From a bacterium (GTDB lineage: Bacteria; Lernaellota; Lernaellaia; JACKCT01), in the NCBI GenBank assembly GCA_019912885.1, contig JAIOHV010000149.1, positions 33,441 through 97,440 of the forward strand: a stretch of 64,000 nucleotides of DNA, given 5' to 3'. Both the position numbers and the translations under genes were made by a program. Position 1 is the first letter of the stretch. The number at the start of each line of letters is the position of its first letter. Shown in pieces: positions 18,802 through 28,163 of this stretch. The notes below the pieces were generated by a model that worked only from the letters and a program-made list of their open reading frames with translations, made no database searches and was not told where the DNA came from.

Positions 18802-20145
18802 ATGGGGCGCATCCTCGGCTCCCCGCATCCGGCCCGATTCCTCGTCGTCGCCTCGAGCGGTTTTGCTTGCGCGCACCTCACCGGACTTGTCTTGTGGTCG
18901 GGCCTCGGGGGCATGGACGCGCCGGAATGGCGCGCGCTCGCCATCGCGCTTGGCGCGGTGATCGCCTGGACAATGGCGATTCTCTTTGCCGTTGACCGTT
19001 CCGGCCGCGGTGGCGAACTCGTCACGCGGATCGCGCCTTCCCGGCTTGCGCGGATGGCCGGGTTTGCCACCGTTGCCGCCGCCCTCACGGCGGTGGCGGT
19101 GACGATGATTTTCTGGAACGACGAGTCAAGCAACGTCGCCGCCGCGAACTTCCTGATCGAAAAGGGGTTCGCGAATTACTTCGCCTCCTACGCGACGATC
19201 AACGACTGGCTTGGCCCGCATCATCCACCGGTGCTGCCGGTGATCTACGCGTCGTATTACGCCGTCTTCGGCGCAAGCGTCGGCCTGGGCCGCGTCCTTG
19301 CCGTTGTTTGCTCGCTTCTGGCGCTCGGTGTCGGATATCAGTGGATCACGCATCGCGCCGGTGGGCGCGCGGGTTTTCTTGCCGTCGCGGGCGCGCTATC
19401 GATTCCGATGACGCTATTCGCCGGCACGGCCGCGATCCTCGACGCGCCGTTTTTTCTTTTTTTCACGCTCGCCGTCATCGCGTGGGAGCGCTTTCTCGAA
19501 AGCCGAACCTATCGCGACGCCATCGTCTGCGGCTTTATCGTCGGCCTCGCGATGCTTTCGCGATACAACGGCGTGCTTTTGCCCGTGCTGTTTTTCGCAC
19601 AGCTCGTCCTCCTTGGCGAAGAGCGCTCGCGGCTTCGCGACCCGCGCACCTGGGTCGCGCTTGCGACGCCGGCGATCGTCGCGCTGCCGTGGATTCTCGT
19701 CGCGGCGGCGAGCGGCACGCTGATGCCGCAGGTCGAGCGCATTCTTTCGTTCGTGCTTATCGCCGTCGTTCCGCCCGGCGGAGCGTTTTATCTGAAACAA
19801 ATGATCGTCCCGCTATTGCCGTTCATGATCGGCATCTGGAATCTGCCGGTCTGGATTCACGGCGGCATGGCGGCGTGGCGCGATCGCGACGGCGCGCTCG
19901 GACGGCGGCTTGTCGTGCTCGCGGCGGTGTACGTGGTCATTCTCGCGGCGACGTTGCCGAATCCGCGCTACATTCTCTCGATCGCGATCCCGCTCGGATA
20001 TCTGGCCGCGCGCTCGATCGAGGCGGTCGAAATGCGCGAGGGTCGCGGGTTTGCGTACGCGGCGCACCTTCTGGGCCTTACGGCCATTCACGTCGTGTTT
20101 GTTCTACATCAAACGAGCGACCGGACGATCTACCTTTTCTATTGA
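18802..20145 (+). CDS. Polytopic membrane glycosyltransferase of the GT39/GT83 (PMT/ArnT-like, lipid-linked sugar donor) family
   Basis: More than 10 predicted TM helices, with N-terminal loop motifs typical of ArnT/PMT-type transferases. 447 aa. Confidence 0.6.
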   Translation: MGRILGSPHPARFLVVASSGFACAHLTGLVLWSGLGGMDAPEWRALAIALGAVIAWTMAILFAVDRSGRGGELVTRIAPSRLARMAGFATVAAALTAVAVTMIFWNDESSNVAAANFLIEKGFANYFASYATINDWLGPHHPPVLPVIYASYYAVFGASVGLGRVLAVVCSLLALGVGYQWITHRAGGRAGFLAVAGALSIPMTLFAGTAAILDAPFFLFFTLAVIAWERFLESRTYRDAIVCGFIVGLAMLSRYNGVLLPVLFFAQLVLLGEERSRLRDPRTWVALATPAIVALPWILVAAASGTLMPQVERILSFVLIAVVPPGGAFYLKQMIVPLLPFMIGIWNLPVWIHGGMAAWRDRDGALGRRLVVLAAVYVVILAATLPNPRYILSIAIPLGYLAARSIEAVEMREGRGFAYAAHLLGLTAIHVVFVLHQTSDRTIYLFY

Positions 20146-20223
20146 CCGCCGATCGCGCGTTTCTTGAAGCGGCGAAATTCGGGTGCTAACGTTTTCCGGT
20201 CACGCCGCGCCAGGGAGGAACGC

Positions 20224-21777
20224 ATGCCCTCCGAATTTCGAAACGAGACCTACACCGACTTCACGGACGCCGAAAACCAGAGGGCGTTTCGCGACGCGCT
20301 CGATTCGCTGCCGCTTGGCGACGAGCAGGGGCTTGTCATCGCCGGGCGCGAGGTCAAGGCGCGGCGGCGGATCGAAAGCGTCAATCCGTCGCGTCCCGCC
20401 GAAATCGTCGGCCGCTTTCCTGTTGCCGAAGCCGCCGAGGCGCGTGCAGCGCTCGACGCGGCCTGGGACGCATTTTCCGCATGGGCCGCGACGCCCGTCG
20501 AAATCCGGGCGCAGGTTCTTTTTGATGCGGCCGCGCTCATACGTAAAAACAAGCATCTCTATTCCGCCGCGATGGTCGTTGAGGTCGGAAAGCCCTGGGG
20601 CGAGGCCGACGCGGACACCGCGGAGGCGATCGATTTTCTGGAATTCTACGGGCGCCAGGCGCTTGCGCTCCAAGGCAGAACACATGCGTTGACACCGTAT
20701 CCGGGCGAGCGGCCCGAGCTCTTCTACATTCCGCTCGGCGCCGGCGTCGTGATTCCGCCGTGGAATTTCCCGATGGCGATCGCGCTTGGGATGACGGCCG
20801 CCGCGATCGTCGCCGGCAACACGGTCGTCCTCAAACCGTCGAGCGACGCGCCCTTCATCGGCCGGCTGTTTTTCGACGCTCTCGTGGCGTCGGGCATGCC
20901 GCCGGGTGTCGTCAACTACCTGCCGGGCGAAGGGCGCACCGCCGGCGAAGAGCTTGTCACGAACGCGCGGACGCGGTTCATCGCCTTCACAGGTTCGCGC
21001 GAGGTCGGTCTTGGCATCGTCGAAAAAGCGGGGCGCACCGCCGCCGGCCAGGTGTGGATCAAGCGCGTCATTGCGGAGATGGGCGGCAAGAACGGCATCG
21101 TGGTGGACGAGTCGGCCGATGTGGATAGCGCCGCGGCGGGAATTGTGGCGTCCGCGTTCGGGTACGCGGGGCAAAAGTGCTCCGCGTGCAGCCGGGCGAT
21201 CATCCACCCCGCGGTGTACGATCGCGTGCGCGATGCGGTGGCCGAGCGCGCATCGGCCTTGCGCGTCGGCGATCCGCGCCGCGTCGATACGCAGATGGGG
21301 CCGGTCATCAACCGAAATGCCCATGCCAAGACGATGCACTACATCGACATCGGAAAACGCGAGGCGAAGCTGCTCGCCGGCGGCGAGGCCATCGACAACG
21401 ACGGCGGCTATTACATCGCGCCGACCGTTTTCGAAAACGTCGCGCCGGGATCGACGCTCGATCAGGAAGAAATCTTCGCGCCGGTACTCTCGATCATCAA
21501 GACGGACGCAACGGCGTTCGAGGATCTCGTCGCGCTTGCGAATGCGACGGAATACGGCCTGACGGGTGCGGTTTATTCGGCCGATCGGAAACATCTGAAT
21601 TACGCGCGCGATCACTTTCACGTGGGCAATCTCTACTTCAACCGCAAGTGCACCGGCGCGCTCGTGGACGTGCATCCGTTCGGCGGATTCAATATGAGCG
21701 GCACGGACTCCAAGGCCGGCGGGCGCGACTATCTCCTGCTTCTGACGCAAGCCAAATCCGTTTCCGAAAAGATCTGA
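20224..21777 (+). CDS. rocA: L-glutamate gamma-semialdehyde (1-pyrroline-5-carboxylate) dehydrogenase
   Basis: ALDH superfamily with the P5CDH-specific GQKCSACSR catalytic Cys context and EMGGKNGIVV Glu motif. RBS AGGAGG precedes ATG 20224. Confidence 0.85.
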   Translation: MPSEFRNETYTDFTDAENQRAFRDALDSLPLGDEQGLVIAGREVKARRRIESVNPSRPAEIVGRFPVAEAAEARAALDAAWDAFSAWAATPVEIRAQVLFDAAALIRKNKHLYSAAMVVEVGKPWGEADADTAEAIDFLEFYGRQALALQGRTHALTPYPGERPELFYIPLGAGVVIPPWNFPMAIALGMTAAAIVAGNTVVLKPSSDAPFIGRLFFDALVASGMPPGVVNYLPGEGRTAGEELVTNARTRFIAFTGSREVGLGIVEKAGRTAAGQVWIKRVIAEMGGKNGIVVDESADVDSAAAGIVASAFGYAGQKCSACSRAIIHPAVYDRVRDAVAERASALRVGDPRRVDTQMGPVINRNAHAKTMHYIDIGKREAKLLAGGEAIDNDGGYYIAPTVFENVAPGSTLDQEEIFAPVLSIIKTDATAFEDLVALANATEYGLTGAVYSADRKHLNYARDHFHVGNLYFNRKCTGALVDVHPFGGFNMSGTDSKAGGRDYLLLLTQAKSVSEKI

Positions 21778-21785
21778 CGGGACGT

Positions 21786-23186
21786 ATGCGACCGCTTGAC
21801 GCGAGCCCGACGCCGATAAACGCGGCGGCGCGGGGCGAGCCGGTGACGATCACCTTCAACGGGCGCGCGTATCCCGCCTGGGCGAACGAATCCGTCGCGG
21901 CGGCGCTTCACGCCAACGGGGTGCTGCGCCTTTCGCGGAGCCTCAAATATCACCGGCCGCGGGGATCGTTCTGCTTCTCGGGCTCGTGCGCCGGCTGCTA
22001 TCTGACGATCGACGGGCGCGCGGCGGAACCGGCGTGCCTGACAGCGTGCCGCGCGGGCTTGGCGGCTCACGGCGACGGCGCATCGATCGACCCCAAGCGC
22101 GGAGCGGATCTGATGTTTCCGCGTTTCATCGATCACCACCACCTGTTCGCGACGAATCCAGCCGCCAACCGCGTGCTTCGCGAGATCGTGCGACGCACGC
22201 CTGACGGTATCGCGTTGCCGGATGTGCCTCGCGAACCCGCGTCCCCGGCGCGGCGCGTCGCGTGCGATGTCCTGGTCGTCGGCGCGGGCGCGTCGGGCCT
22301 CGCGGCGGCGACGCAAGCCGCAAGCGCGGGGCGACGCGTGATCCTCGTTGACGAAAACGATCGGCCCGGTGGGCGGTTGCTCGACGACGATCGTGCCGAG
22401 GCGGCGTCGTATCTTGCCGACGCGCTCTTACGTATCCGCGAAAGTGCGGCGAGCGTGCGGCTCGCGACGCGCGTCTTCGGGCGCTACAAGGAAGGCAACA
22501 TTGTGGCGCGAGACGCCCAGGGACTGCTTTCGATCGAGGCGTCCGCCGTGATTTTCGCCAACGGTGCGAACGATGAGCCGGCGTTGATCGGGAACAACGA
22601 TCGGCCCGGCATCATCGCCATGCGCGGAGCGCGGCGCCTGTTCTATGGCTACGCGATATTGCCGGGACGCCGGCCGGCGATCGTCGTTCGCGATGCGCGT
22701 TCGGTCGCTTTCGCGCGCGCGCTTTCGGCTTCCGGTGCGACGCTCGAAGCGCTCATCGTTGAAGACAGGGGTGCCCCTATCGAATTCGAGCAAGACAGCG
22801 ATTATCACGCCGTCGTTTATCGCGGCTATCGCATCGCGCGCGCGACCGGGTTTGGGCGCGTAACTGGACTGCTTGTGCGTTCGACTGACGGCCGCGAGAC
22901 GAGTATCGACGCGGATGCGATCGTCATCGACCAGCCGCCGGTGCCCGCGTACGAGTTGGCCGCGCAGGCTGGGGTGGCGGTGGAGTTTGATGCCCGGGCT
23001 GGGCATTTCGCGATCGTTTCCGACGAAGCAGGGCAAACCGGATCGCCGGGAATGTTCGTCGCGGGCGAACTTGCCGGAATCGACGGCGCGAATGTCGCCG
23101 CGTTAGGCGAATCGGGGGAGAGGGCCGCGCGCTCGGCCATCGAATATCTCGCGACGCGCGCCGGCCACGTGGAGATCGACGAATGA
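21786..23186 (+). CDS. Proline/hydroxyproline (opine-oxidase/HcnB/PdhA-like) dehydrogenase alpha subunit: N-terminal 2Fe-2S domain plus FAD/NAD(P)-binding oxidoreductase
   Basis: N-terminal ITFNGRAYPAW...HRPRGSFCFSGSCAGCYLTIDG (SoxA/HcnA-type 2Fe-2S) followed by VLVVGAGASGLAAATQAASAG (pyridine nucleotide-disulfide oxidoreductase). Confidence 0.7.
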   Translation: MRPLDASPTPINAAARGEPVTITFNGRAYPAWANESVAAALHANGVLRLSRSLKYHRPRGSFCFSGSCAGCYLTIDGRAAEPACLTACRAGLAAHGDGASIDPKRGADLMFPRFIDHHHLFATNPAANRVLREIVRRTPDGIALPDVPREPASPARRVACDVLVVGAGASGLAAATQAASAGRRVILVDENDRPGGRLLDDDRAEAASYLADALLRIRESAASVRLATRVFGRYKEGNIVARDAQGLLSIEASAVIFANGANDEPALIGNNDRPGIIAMRGARRLFYGYAILPGRRPAIVVRDARSVAFARALSASGATLEALIVEDRGAPIEFEQDSDYHAVVYRGYRIARATGFGRVTGLLVRSTDGRETSIDADAIVIDQPPVPAYELAAQAGVAVEFDARAGHFAIVSDEAGQTGSPGMFVAGELAGIDGANVAALGESGERAARSAIEYLATRAGHVEIDE

Positions 23187-23473
23187 TGGCCAAGGTCTTT
23201 GTCTGCCGCTGCGAAGACGTGACCGAAGAGGAAATCCGCGCCGCGGTGCGCGCGGGACGGCGCGATCTGGAGAGCCTGAAGCGTTATCTCGCCGCGGGCA
23301 CCGGGCCGTGTCAGGCGCGGCATTGCATGTCCGCGATCGCGCGCGTGCTCGAGGACGAACTCGGTGCGCCGCTTGACGGCACCGCGCCTTTCGTGAGCCG
23401 CCCGCCGTTTGCCGCCGCGACGATAGGCGAATTCGCGGCGACCGGCGCGGGCGACGACGGGGATTCACAATGA
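23183..23473 (+). CDS. BFD-like [2Fe-2S]-binding small subunit (gamma)
   Basis: CRCEDVTEEEIRAAVRAG...GTGPCQARHC is a BFD-like Cys4 motif. 4-nt overlaps with both neighbours. Confidence 0.65.
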   Translation: MMAKVFVCRCEDVTEEEIRAAVRAGRRDLESLKRYLAAGTGPCQARHCMSAIARVLEDELGAPLDGTAPFVSRPPFAAATIGEFAATGAGDDGDSQ

Positions 23474-24606
23474 ACGCGCGCGTCGTCATCATCGGCGGCG
23501 GCGTCATCGGACTTGCGATCGCGTATCACCTCACACGCGGCGGCGCGAAAAACGTCGTCGTCCTGGATCGCGAACATCTGAACGCCGGGGCGACGGGCCG
23601 TTGCGGAGGCGGCGTGCGCCAGCAGTGGTCGAGCGGTTTGAACGTGCGCATCACGCGGCGCGCGGTCGAACTGTTCAAGGCCTTGCCGATCGAGACGGGG
23701 CACAACGTCTGGTTTCGCCAGGGCGGCTACCTGTTTCTTGCGAAGTCGCCGGCGCAGCTAGCGAGCCTCGAGACAAACGTGCTTGTCGAGCATGAGTACG
23801 GCGCGAAAACGCGCGTTCTCGATGTGCACGAGATCGGCCGCCGCTGGCCGTTCCTGAATCTCGACGGCGTCGCCGGCGGATCGTTCAACGCGGAAGACGG
23901 CGTGCTGTTTCCGTTTTCTGTCGTTTGGGCGCTTGCGGAAGGCGTGCGCCAGCACGGCGGCGAGGTGCGAACGCACGTGGAGGTGACGGGACTCGACACG
24001 GCGGGCAACCGCGTCACCCGCGTGCGCACGAACGCGGGCGATATCGACGCTGACATCGTCATCAACGCGGCGGGGGCGTGGTCGCCGGCGATCGCATCGA
24101 TGGCCGGCGTTAGACTTCCGAACTACGCCGAAAAACACGAGGCGATCGTCACCGAACCGCTGCGCCCGTTCCTCGATCCGAATGTCGTGCCGATGGACAG
24201 TGGCGTTTGGATTTCCCAGACGATGCGCGGCGAAATCTACGCGTGCCTTGGCGTCGACAAGGGCCCCGCGAACGATTACGACCCGACGTGGAAATTCATC
24301 CGCACAATCAGCCGGCGCCTCGTGGAACTCATCCCGCGCCTTTCCGGCGTGAAGGTCTTGCGCCAGTGGGGCGGTTTCTACGACGTGACGCCGGACGCCA
24401 ACCCGATCGTCGGCCACGCCGCGCCGTACGAAAATTTCTGGCAGTGCCACGGATTCGTCGGGCACGGATTCATGATGGCGCCGGCGGTCGGCGAGATTGT
24501 CGCCGCGCGCATCCTTCGCGGCACGGACGACGAAATCTTTTGGGCGTGGCGGCTTTCGCGGTTTGAAGAGGGCGAAACGCGGCGCGAGACGATGATCATC
24601 GGTTAG
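23470..24606 (+). CDS. FAD-dependent oxidoreductase beta subunit (SoxB/DadA/HcnC-like)
   Basis: VVIIGGGVIGLAIAYHL...GRCGGGVRQQW... is a DAO-family fold. 378 aa. Confidence 0.75.
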   Translation: MNARVVIIGGGVIGLAIAYHLTRGGAKNVVVLDREHLNAGATGRCGGGVRQQWSSGLNVRITRRAVELFKALPIETGHNVWFRQGGYLFLAKSPAQLASLETNVLVEHEYGAKTRVLDVHEIGRRWPFLNLDGVAGGSFNAEDGVLFPFSVVWALAEGVRQHGGEVRTHVEVTGLDTAGNRVTRVRTNAGDIDADIVINAAGAWSPAIASMAGVRLPNYAEKHEAIVTEPLRPFLDPNVVPMDSGVWISQTMRGEIYACLGVDKGPANDYDPTWKFIRTISRRLVELIPRLSGVKVLRQWGGFYDVTPDANPIVGHAAPYENFWQCHGFVGHGFMMAPAVGEIVAARILRGTDDEIFWAWRLSRFEEGETRRETMIIG

Positions 24607-24703
24607 CGGCGCCGCGTTTTCTCGGGCGTCTTTCGCGCGCTTGATTTACACCGCGCGCGTTTTTGCCTACGTTTTGCGCGCAACCCGCTCCCGGATTCGC
24701 CCC

Positions 24704-25438
24704 ATGCAACGCACCGTGTCTTTCGCCGCCTTCCTGGTTGTTGTACTCGCGTTTTCCGCCTTCGCCGCGGACGACATCCACATCGAGGAGTCGCTCGAGA
24801 CGACGACGACCGACGCGCAGCCGACGTTGAGCGGCACGATCGAGACCTGGATTTCCGGCGACAAGATGCGCGTGGAGAGCTTCGGCCGCGACGTCGTGAT
24901 CTACCGCGCCGACAAGAAATTGATCTATCGCTTCCATGAGCCGTCGAAAACCTATGTCGAGTTGCCGATGCACGTCGCGCGCAAGCAGGCCGAAACGGAG
25001 ATGCAGGGGTTCGTGGGCCTGGACGACAGGCCGGCGTCGGCGATTTTTCGCGCGACCGGGCGCGATTTGAAACTAGGTAAATTCGACTGTAAGGAGCTTG
25101 AACTTCAGGTGACGCAGGTCGTCGGACCCGGCATCACAAAGCAGGAGCGCCGGTGCGTTTCCGAAAAAGCGGCGGGCGGCGTCGCGACGCTGGAGCGCGT
25201 CTTTCGCATCTCGATGGGCGGCGAATTGCCGCCATCGGCGCAAAAGATCCTCGACGGCCTGCGCGCGGCGGGCGGATATCCCGTGCAGCAGGTCAGCGTG
25301 ACGGACGACGGCGCGCGCCGGATCACATCGACCAAGACGCTGCGCGGCTACCACGAGCAGAAGCTCGATCCGGTGCTGTTTGAAGTCCCGAACGGCTACC
25401 GAAAGGTCGAACTGCCGCCTGGGGTCGTGACGCGTTGA
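24704..25438 (+). CDS. Secreted hypothetical protein
   Basis: Signal peptide MQRTVSFAAFLVVVLAFSAFAADD. No recognised domain. Confidence 0.4.
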   Translation: MQRTVSFAAFLVVVLAFSAFAADDIHIEESLETTTTDAQPTLSGTIETWISGDKMRVESFGRDVVIYRADKKLIYRFHEPSKTYVELPMHVARKQAETEMQGFVGLDDRPASAIFRATGRDLKLGKFDCKELELQVTQVVGPGITKQERRCVSEKAAGGVATLERVFRISMGGELPPSAQKILDGLRAAGGYPVQQVSVTDDGARRITSTKTLRGYHEQKLDPVLFEVPNGYRKVELPPGVVTR

Positions 25439-26673
25439 TCGCCCGGGCGACCGCGCTTGCGCTGATTCTCGCCGCAAGCGCCTGTGCGTCCGTTCAATGG
25501 GGCTACTACCGCACGAGCGTCGCGGTGAAGGATCCGGCCTTTCCAACGATCATGGCCGCGCTTGCCGACGGGCCGATGACCGGCGGCAATGATGTGCGCA
25601 TTCTCGTCAACGGCGACGAAATTTTCGACGCGATGCTCGAGGCGATCCGCGGGGCGACGCAAACCGTTCACCTGGAGTCGTACATCATCAAGGAAGACGC
25701 AATCGGACGCCGCTTCATCGACGCGCTCATCGAGCGTGCCAGGGCCGGCGTGCGCGTGCGCGTCATCACCGATCCGTTCGGCGACGATCTGAGCCCGGCC
25801 ACCAAGGAGCGCATGCGCGCGGCCGGCGTCGAGATCGTGGTATTCAATCCCTTCAACTGGTTTCATCCCCTCGAAAGCAACCTGCGTTCGCACCGCAAGA
25901 ATCTTGTCGTGGACGGGCGCATCGGGTTTGCCGGCGGCGTCGGCATCGACGAGCGTTGGGCGGGCAATGCCGAAAAGCGCGGAGAATGGCGAGAGACGCA
26001 TGTGCGCGTCGAGGGCCCCGTCGTCGCCCAGATGCAGCGCCTTTTCGCGGAGACCTGGCGCATGCAGACGGGGGAGCTCCTGGACGATCCAGGTTTGTAT
26101 CCACGCCTTGAGCCGGCCGGGCACGCGATGGCCGCGGTCGTCGGCGAATGGCGCGCGGACAACTGGTCCAATATCCGCGAGATGTTCTTGCTGGCGCTGG
26201 CCGCCGCGCGCGAGCGGTGCTGGATGAATATCGCCTATTTCAGCCCCGACCCCGACTTCATGCGGGCGCTTCGCGAAACGGTCGAACGCGGCGTCGACGT
26301 GCGGCTTATCACCACCGGCACGGAATCGGATATGTACGCGAACTGGCTTCTCGCACAGAAAAACTACGGCCGCCTTCTGGAGACCGGTCTGCATATCTAC
26401 GAGTACACCGGTACGAACATGCACGCGAAATCCGTCGTGGCCGACGGGCTGTTTTCGACGATCGGTTCGGCGAACTTCGACAACCGGACATTCAATTACA
26501 ATCTCGAGATCAATCTGGTCTTTCTCGACGAAAAGGTCGCGGGCGAACTCGAGGAGCTGTTCCTTCGCGACCTCGCGCGTTCCGTGGAGGTCAGCTATCA
26601 CGACTGGAAGCGCCGGCCGGTTTCGCGGCGCTTTTTTGAACAAATGGTCGGCGTCATCGAGGGATGGATGTGA
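25435..26673 (+). CDS. cls: Cardiolipin synthase / phospholipase D family protein (lipoprotein-type signal)
   Basis: Two HKD motifs (HRKNLVVDG and HAKSVVADG). Probable TTG start overlapping the upstream stop. N-terminal LAASACAS lipobox-like segment. Confidence 0.8.
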   Translation: MIARATALALILAASACASVQWGYYRTSVAVKDPAFPTIMAALADGPMTGGNDVRILVNGDEIFDAMLEAIRGATQTVHLESYIIKEDAIGRRFIDALIERARAGVRVRVITDPFGDDLSPATKERMRAAGVEIVVFNPFNWFHPLESNLRSHRKNLVVDGRIGFAGGVGIDERWAGNAEKRGEWRETHVRVEGPVVAQMQRLFAETWRMQTGELLDDPGLYPRLEPAGHAMAAVVGEWRADNWSNIREMFLLALAAARERCWMNIAYFSPDPDFMRALRETVERGVDVRLITTGTESDMYANWLLAQKNYGRLLETGLHIYEYTGTNMHAKSVVADGLFSTIGSANFDNRTFNYNLEINLVFLDEKVAGELEELFLRDLARSVEVSYHDWKRRPVSRRFFEQMVGVIEGWM

Positions 26674-27482
26674 CAACCCCCATCACCCCCGCGTTGCTGA
26701 TCCCGCGCGTCGTCGCCATCGCGAAAGAAGCGGGCGCGTTTCTCGCCTCGCGCGCGGGAATCAGCCGCATCGAGCACAAGGGCGAGATCAACCTCGTCAC
26801 CGAGGCCGACATCGCCTGCGAGCGGCTGTTGCGGGACCGCCTGCTCGCGCTTGTTCCCGGTAGCTCGTTTTTCGCGGAAGAAGAGGGCGGCGAGCGCACC
26901 GGCGAGTGGCAGTGGGTCGTCGATCCGCTCGATGGCACGAACAACTTCGCGCACGGCATCCCGATCTGGTGCGTTTCGATCGCGCTTCGAAACGGCGGCG
27001 AGGTGGTGCTGGGCGTCGTCCACGTGCCGCCGTTTGGCGAGACCTTCACGGCGACCAAGGGCGGCGGCGCGTACTTAAACGGCGAGCCGATCCGCGCGAG
27101 CGCGACAGGGCGTCTGATCGAAAGTGTCGTCGCGACGGGGTTCGCGTATGACAGGCGCACGAACCCGCAAAACAATCTCGATCACTTCCGCGAGATGGCG
27201 CTTGAGGTGCAGGGCCTGCGCCGATGCGGCAGCGCCGCGATCGACCTGTGCTGGCTTGCCGCCGGGCGGTTCGACGGCTTCTGGGAGCTTCGCCTGGGAA
27301 CGTGGGATGTCGACGCGGGCATCCTCATCGTTCGCGAGGCCGGCGGGCGCGTGACGGATTTCGGAGGGGAGCCTCCGGCGGACCCGCCGCCACACCTCCT
27401 GGCCACGAACGGCCATTTGCACGACGAGATGATGTCCGTACTCGCCCGCCATCCCGCCTGGAAAAGAGGGACGCCGCCATGA
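26664..27482 (+). CDS. suhB: Inositol monophosphatase family protein
   Basis: FAEEEGGE...WVVDPLDGTNNFAHGIP...WDVDAG are IMPase signature motifs. Confidence 0.8.
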   Translation: MDVTTPITPALLIPRVVAIAKEAGAFLASRAGISRIEHKGEINLVTEADIACERLLRDRLLALVPGSSFFAEEEGGERTGEWQWVVDPLDGTNNFAHGIPIWCVSIALRNGGEVVLGVVHVPPFGETFTATKGGGAYLNGEPIRASATGRLIESVVATGFAYDRRTNPQNNLDHFREMALEVQGLRRCGSAAIDLCWLAAGRFDGFWELRLGTWDVDAGILIVREAGGRVTDFGGEPPADPPPHLLATNGHLHDEMMSVLARHPAWKRGTPP

Positions 27483-27862
27483 TGGATGTCGTGGTCAAAT
27501 ACGTGGAAGCCTGCCGCGACGACCTCGACGCGGCGCGCGCGCTCATCGACGCGAATCGCGCGTTTTACGCGCCGTTCTTGTGCCACCAGGCGCTCTATAA
27601 GGCGCTGCGTGGGCTGTATCTGGAGCGCCGGAACTCGTACCCGATTGCGGAGCCGCGCCTCGATCGGCTGGCTGACGCCGCCGGCGCGGGCGACCTGGTG
27701 TCCGGCGCGGATCGGGAATTCCTGCGCGAGCTCTCGATGTATCCGGAGGTCGTGGAGCACCCGGTGTATCGCGTCAAGCTGTTGGAACACGCGAAAAATG
27801 CTGGCGAAATCGAGAAAAGGGCGCGAGATCTGGCCGAGCGCGTTGTCGCGGCGCTGGGGTAG
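27479..27862 (+). CDS. HEPN domain protein (standalone, no adjacent nucleotidyltransferase)
   Basis: 127 aa; FLCHQALYKALRGLYL matches the HEPN (PF05168-like) Q-A-x-E/Y-K-x-L-K core. ATG overlaps the suhB stop (ATGA). Confidence 0.55.
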   Translation: MMDVVVKYVEACRDDLDAARALIDANRAFYAPFLCHQALYKALRGLYLERRNSYPIAEPRLDRLADAAGAGDLVSGADREFLRELSMYPEVVEHPVYRVKLLEHAKNAGEIEKRARDLAERVVAALG

Positions 27863-27988
27863 CGCGACCGAGGCACCGGCCCGGCCGATGTCGCGGAATC
27901 GTTTGTGCGCTGACGGCAATCCTGGCCGCCCGGCGAATCATGTTGCAGTGCGTCAAAATGGCTTGTCGCCGGGCGGGGGGCATGCTAT

Positions 27989-28020
27989 TGAATGAAGGCT
28001 CATTCATGACGTGGGTCATG
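27989..28020. promoter_or_regulatory. Putative FadR(YsiA)-box operator: TGAATGA-aggc-TCATTCA palindrome (27989-28006), overlapping a second CATGAC-gtgg-GTCATG palindrome (28005-28020)
   Basis: Perfect 7-bp inverted repeat seen directly, about 145 bp upstream of the fadN start. The motif matches the published Bacillus FadR (TetR-family) box core TGAATGA...TCATTCA. Confidence 0.45.
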
Positions 28021-28163
28021 CGTGAGCCCTTGCCGCGGCGATCGCCGCGGGCCACGGTCGGGGTGAGATTTCCTCGCAGGTTCTCCATCAACTCAAAGCC
28101 GCCGCGAGCCGCGACTTTTTCGCGCGGACACATCGCCGGCATCGTCATGGAAGGAGTGAGCGC

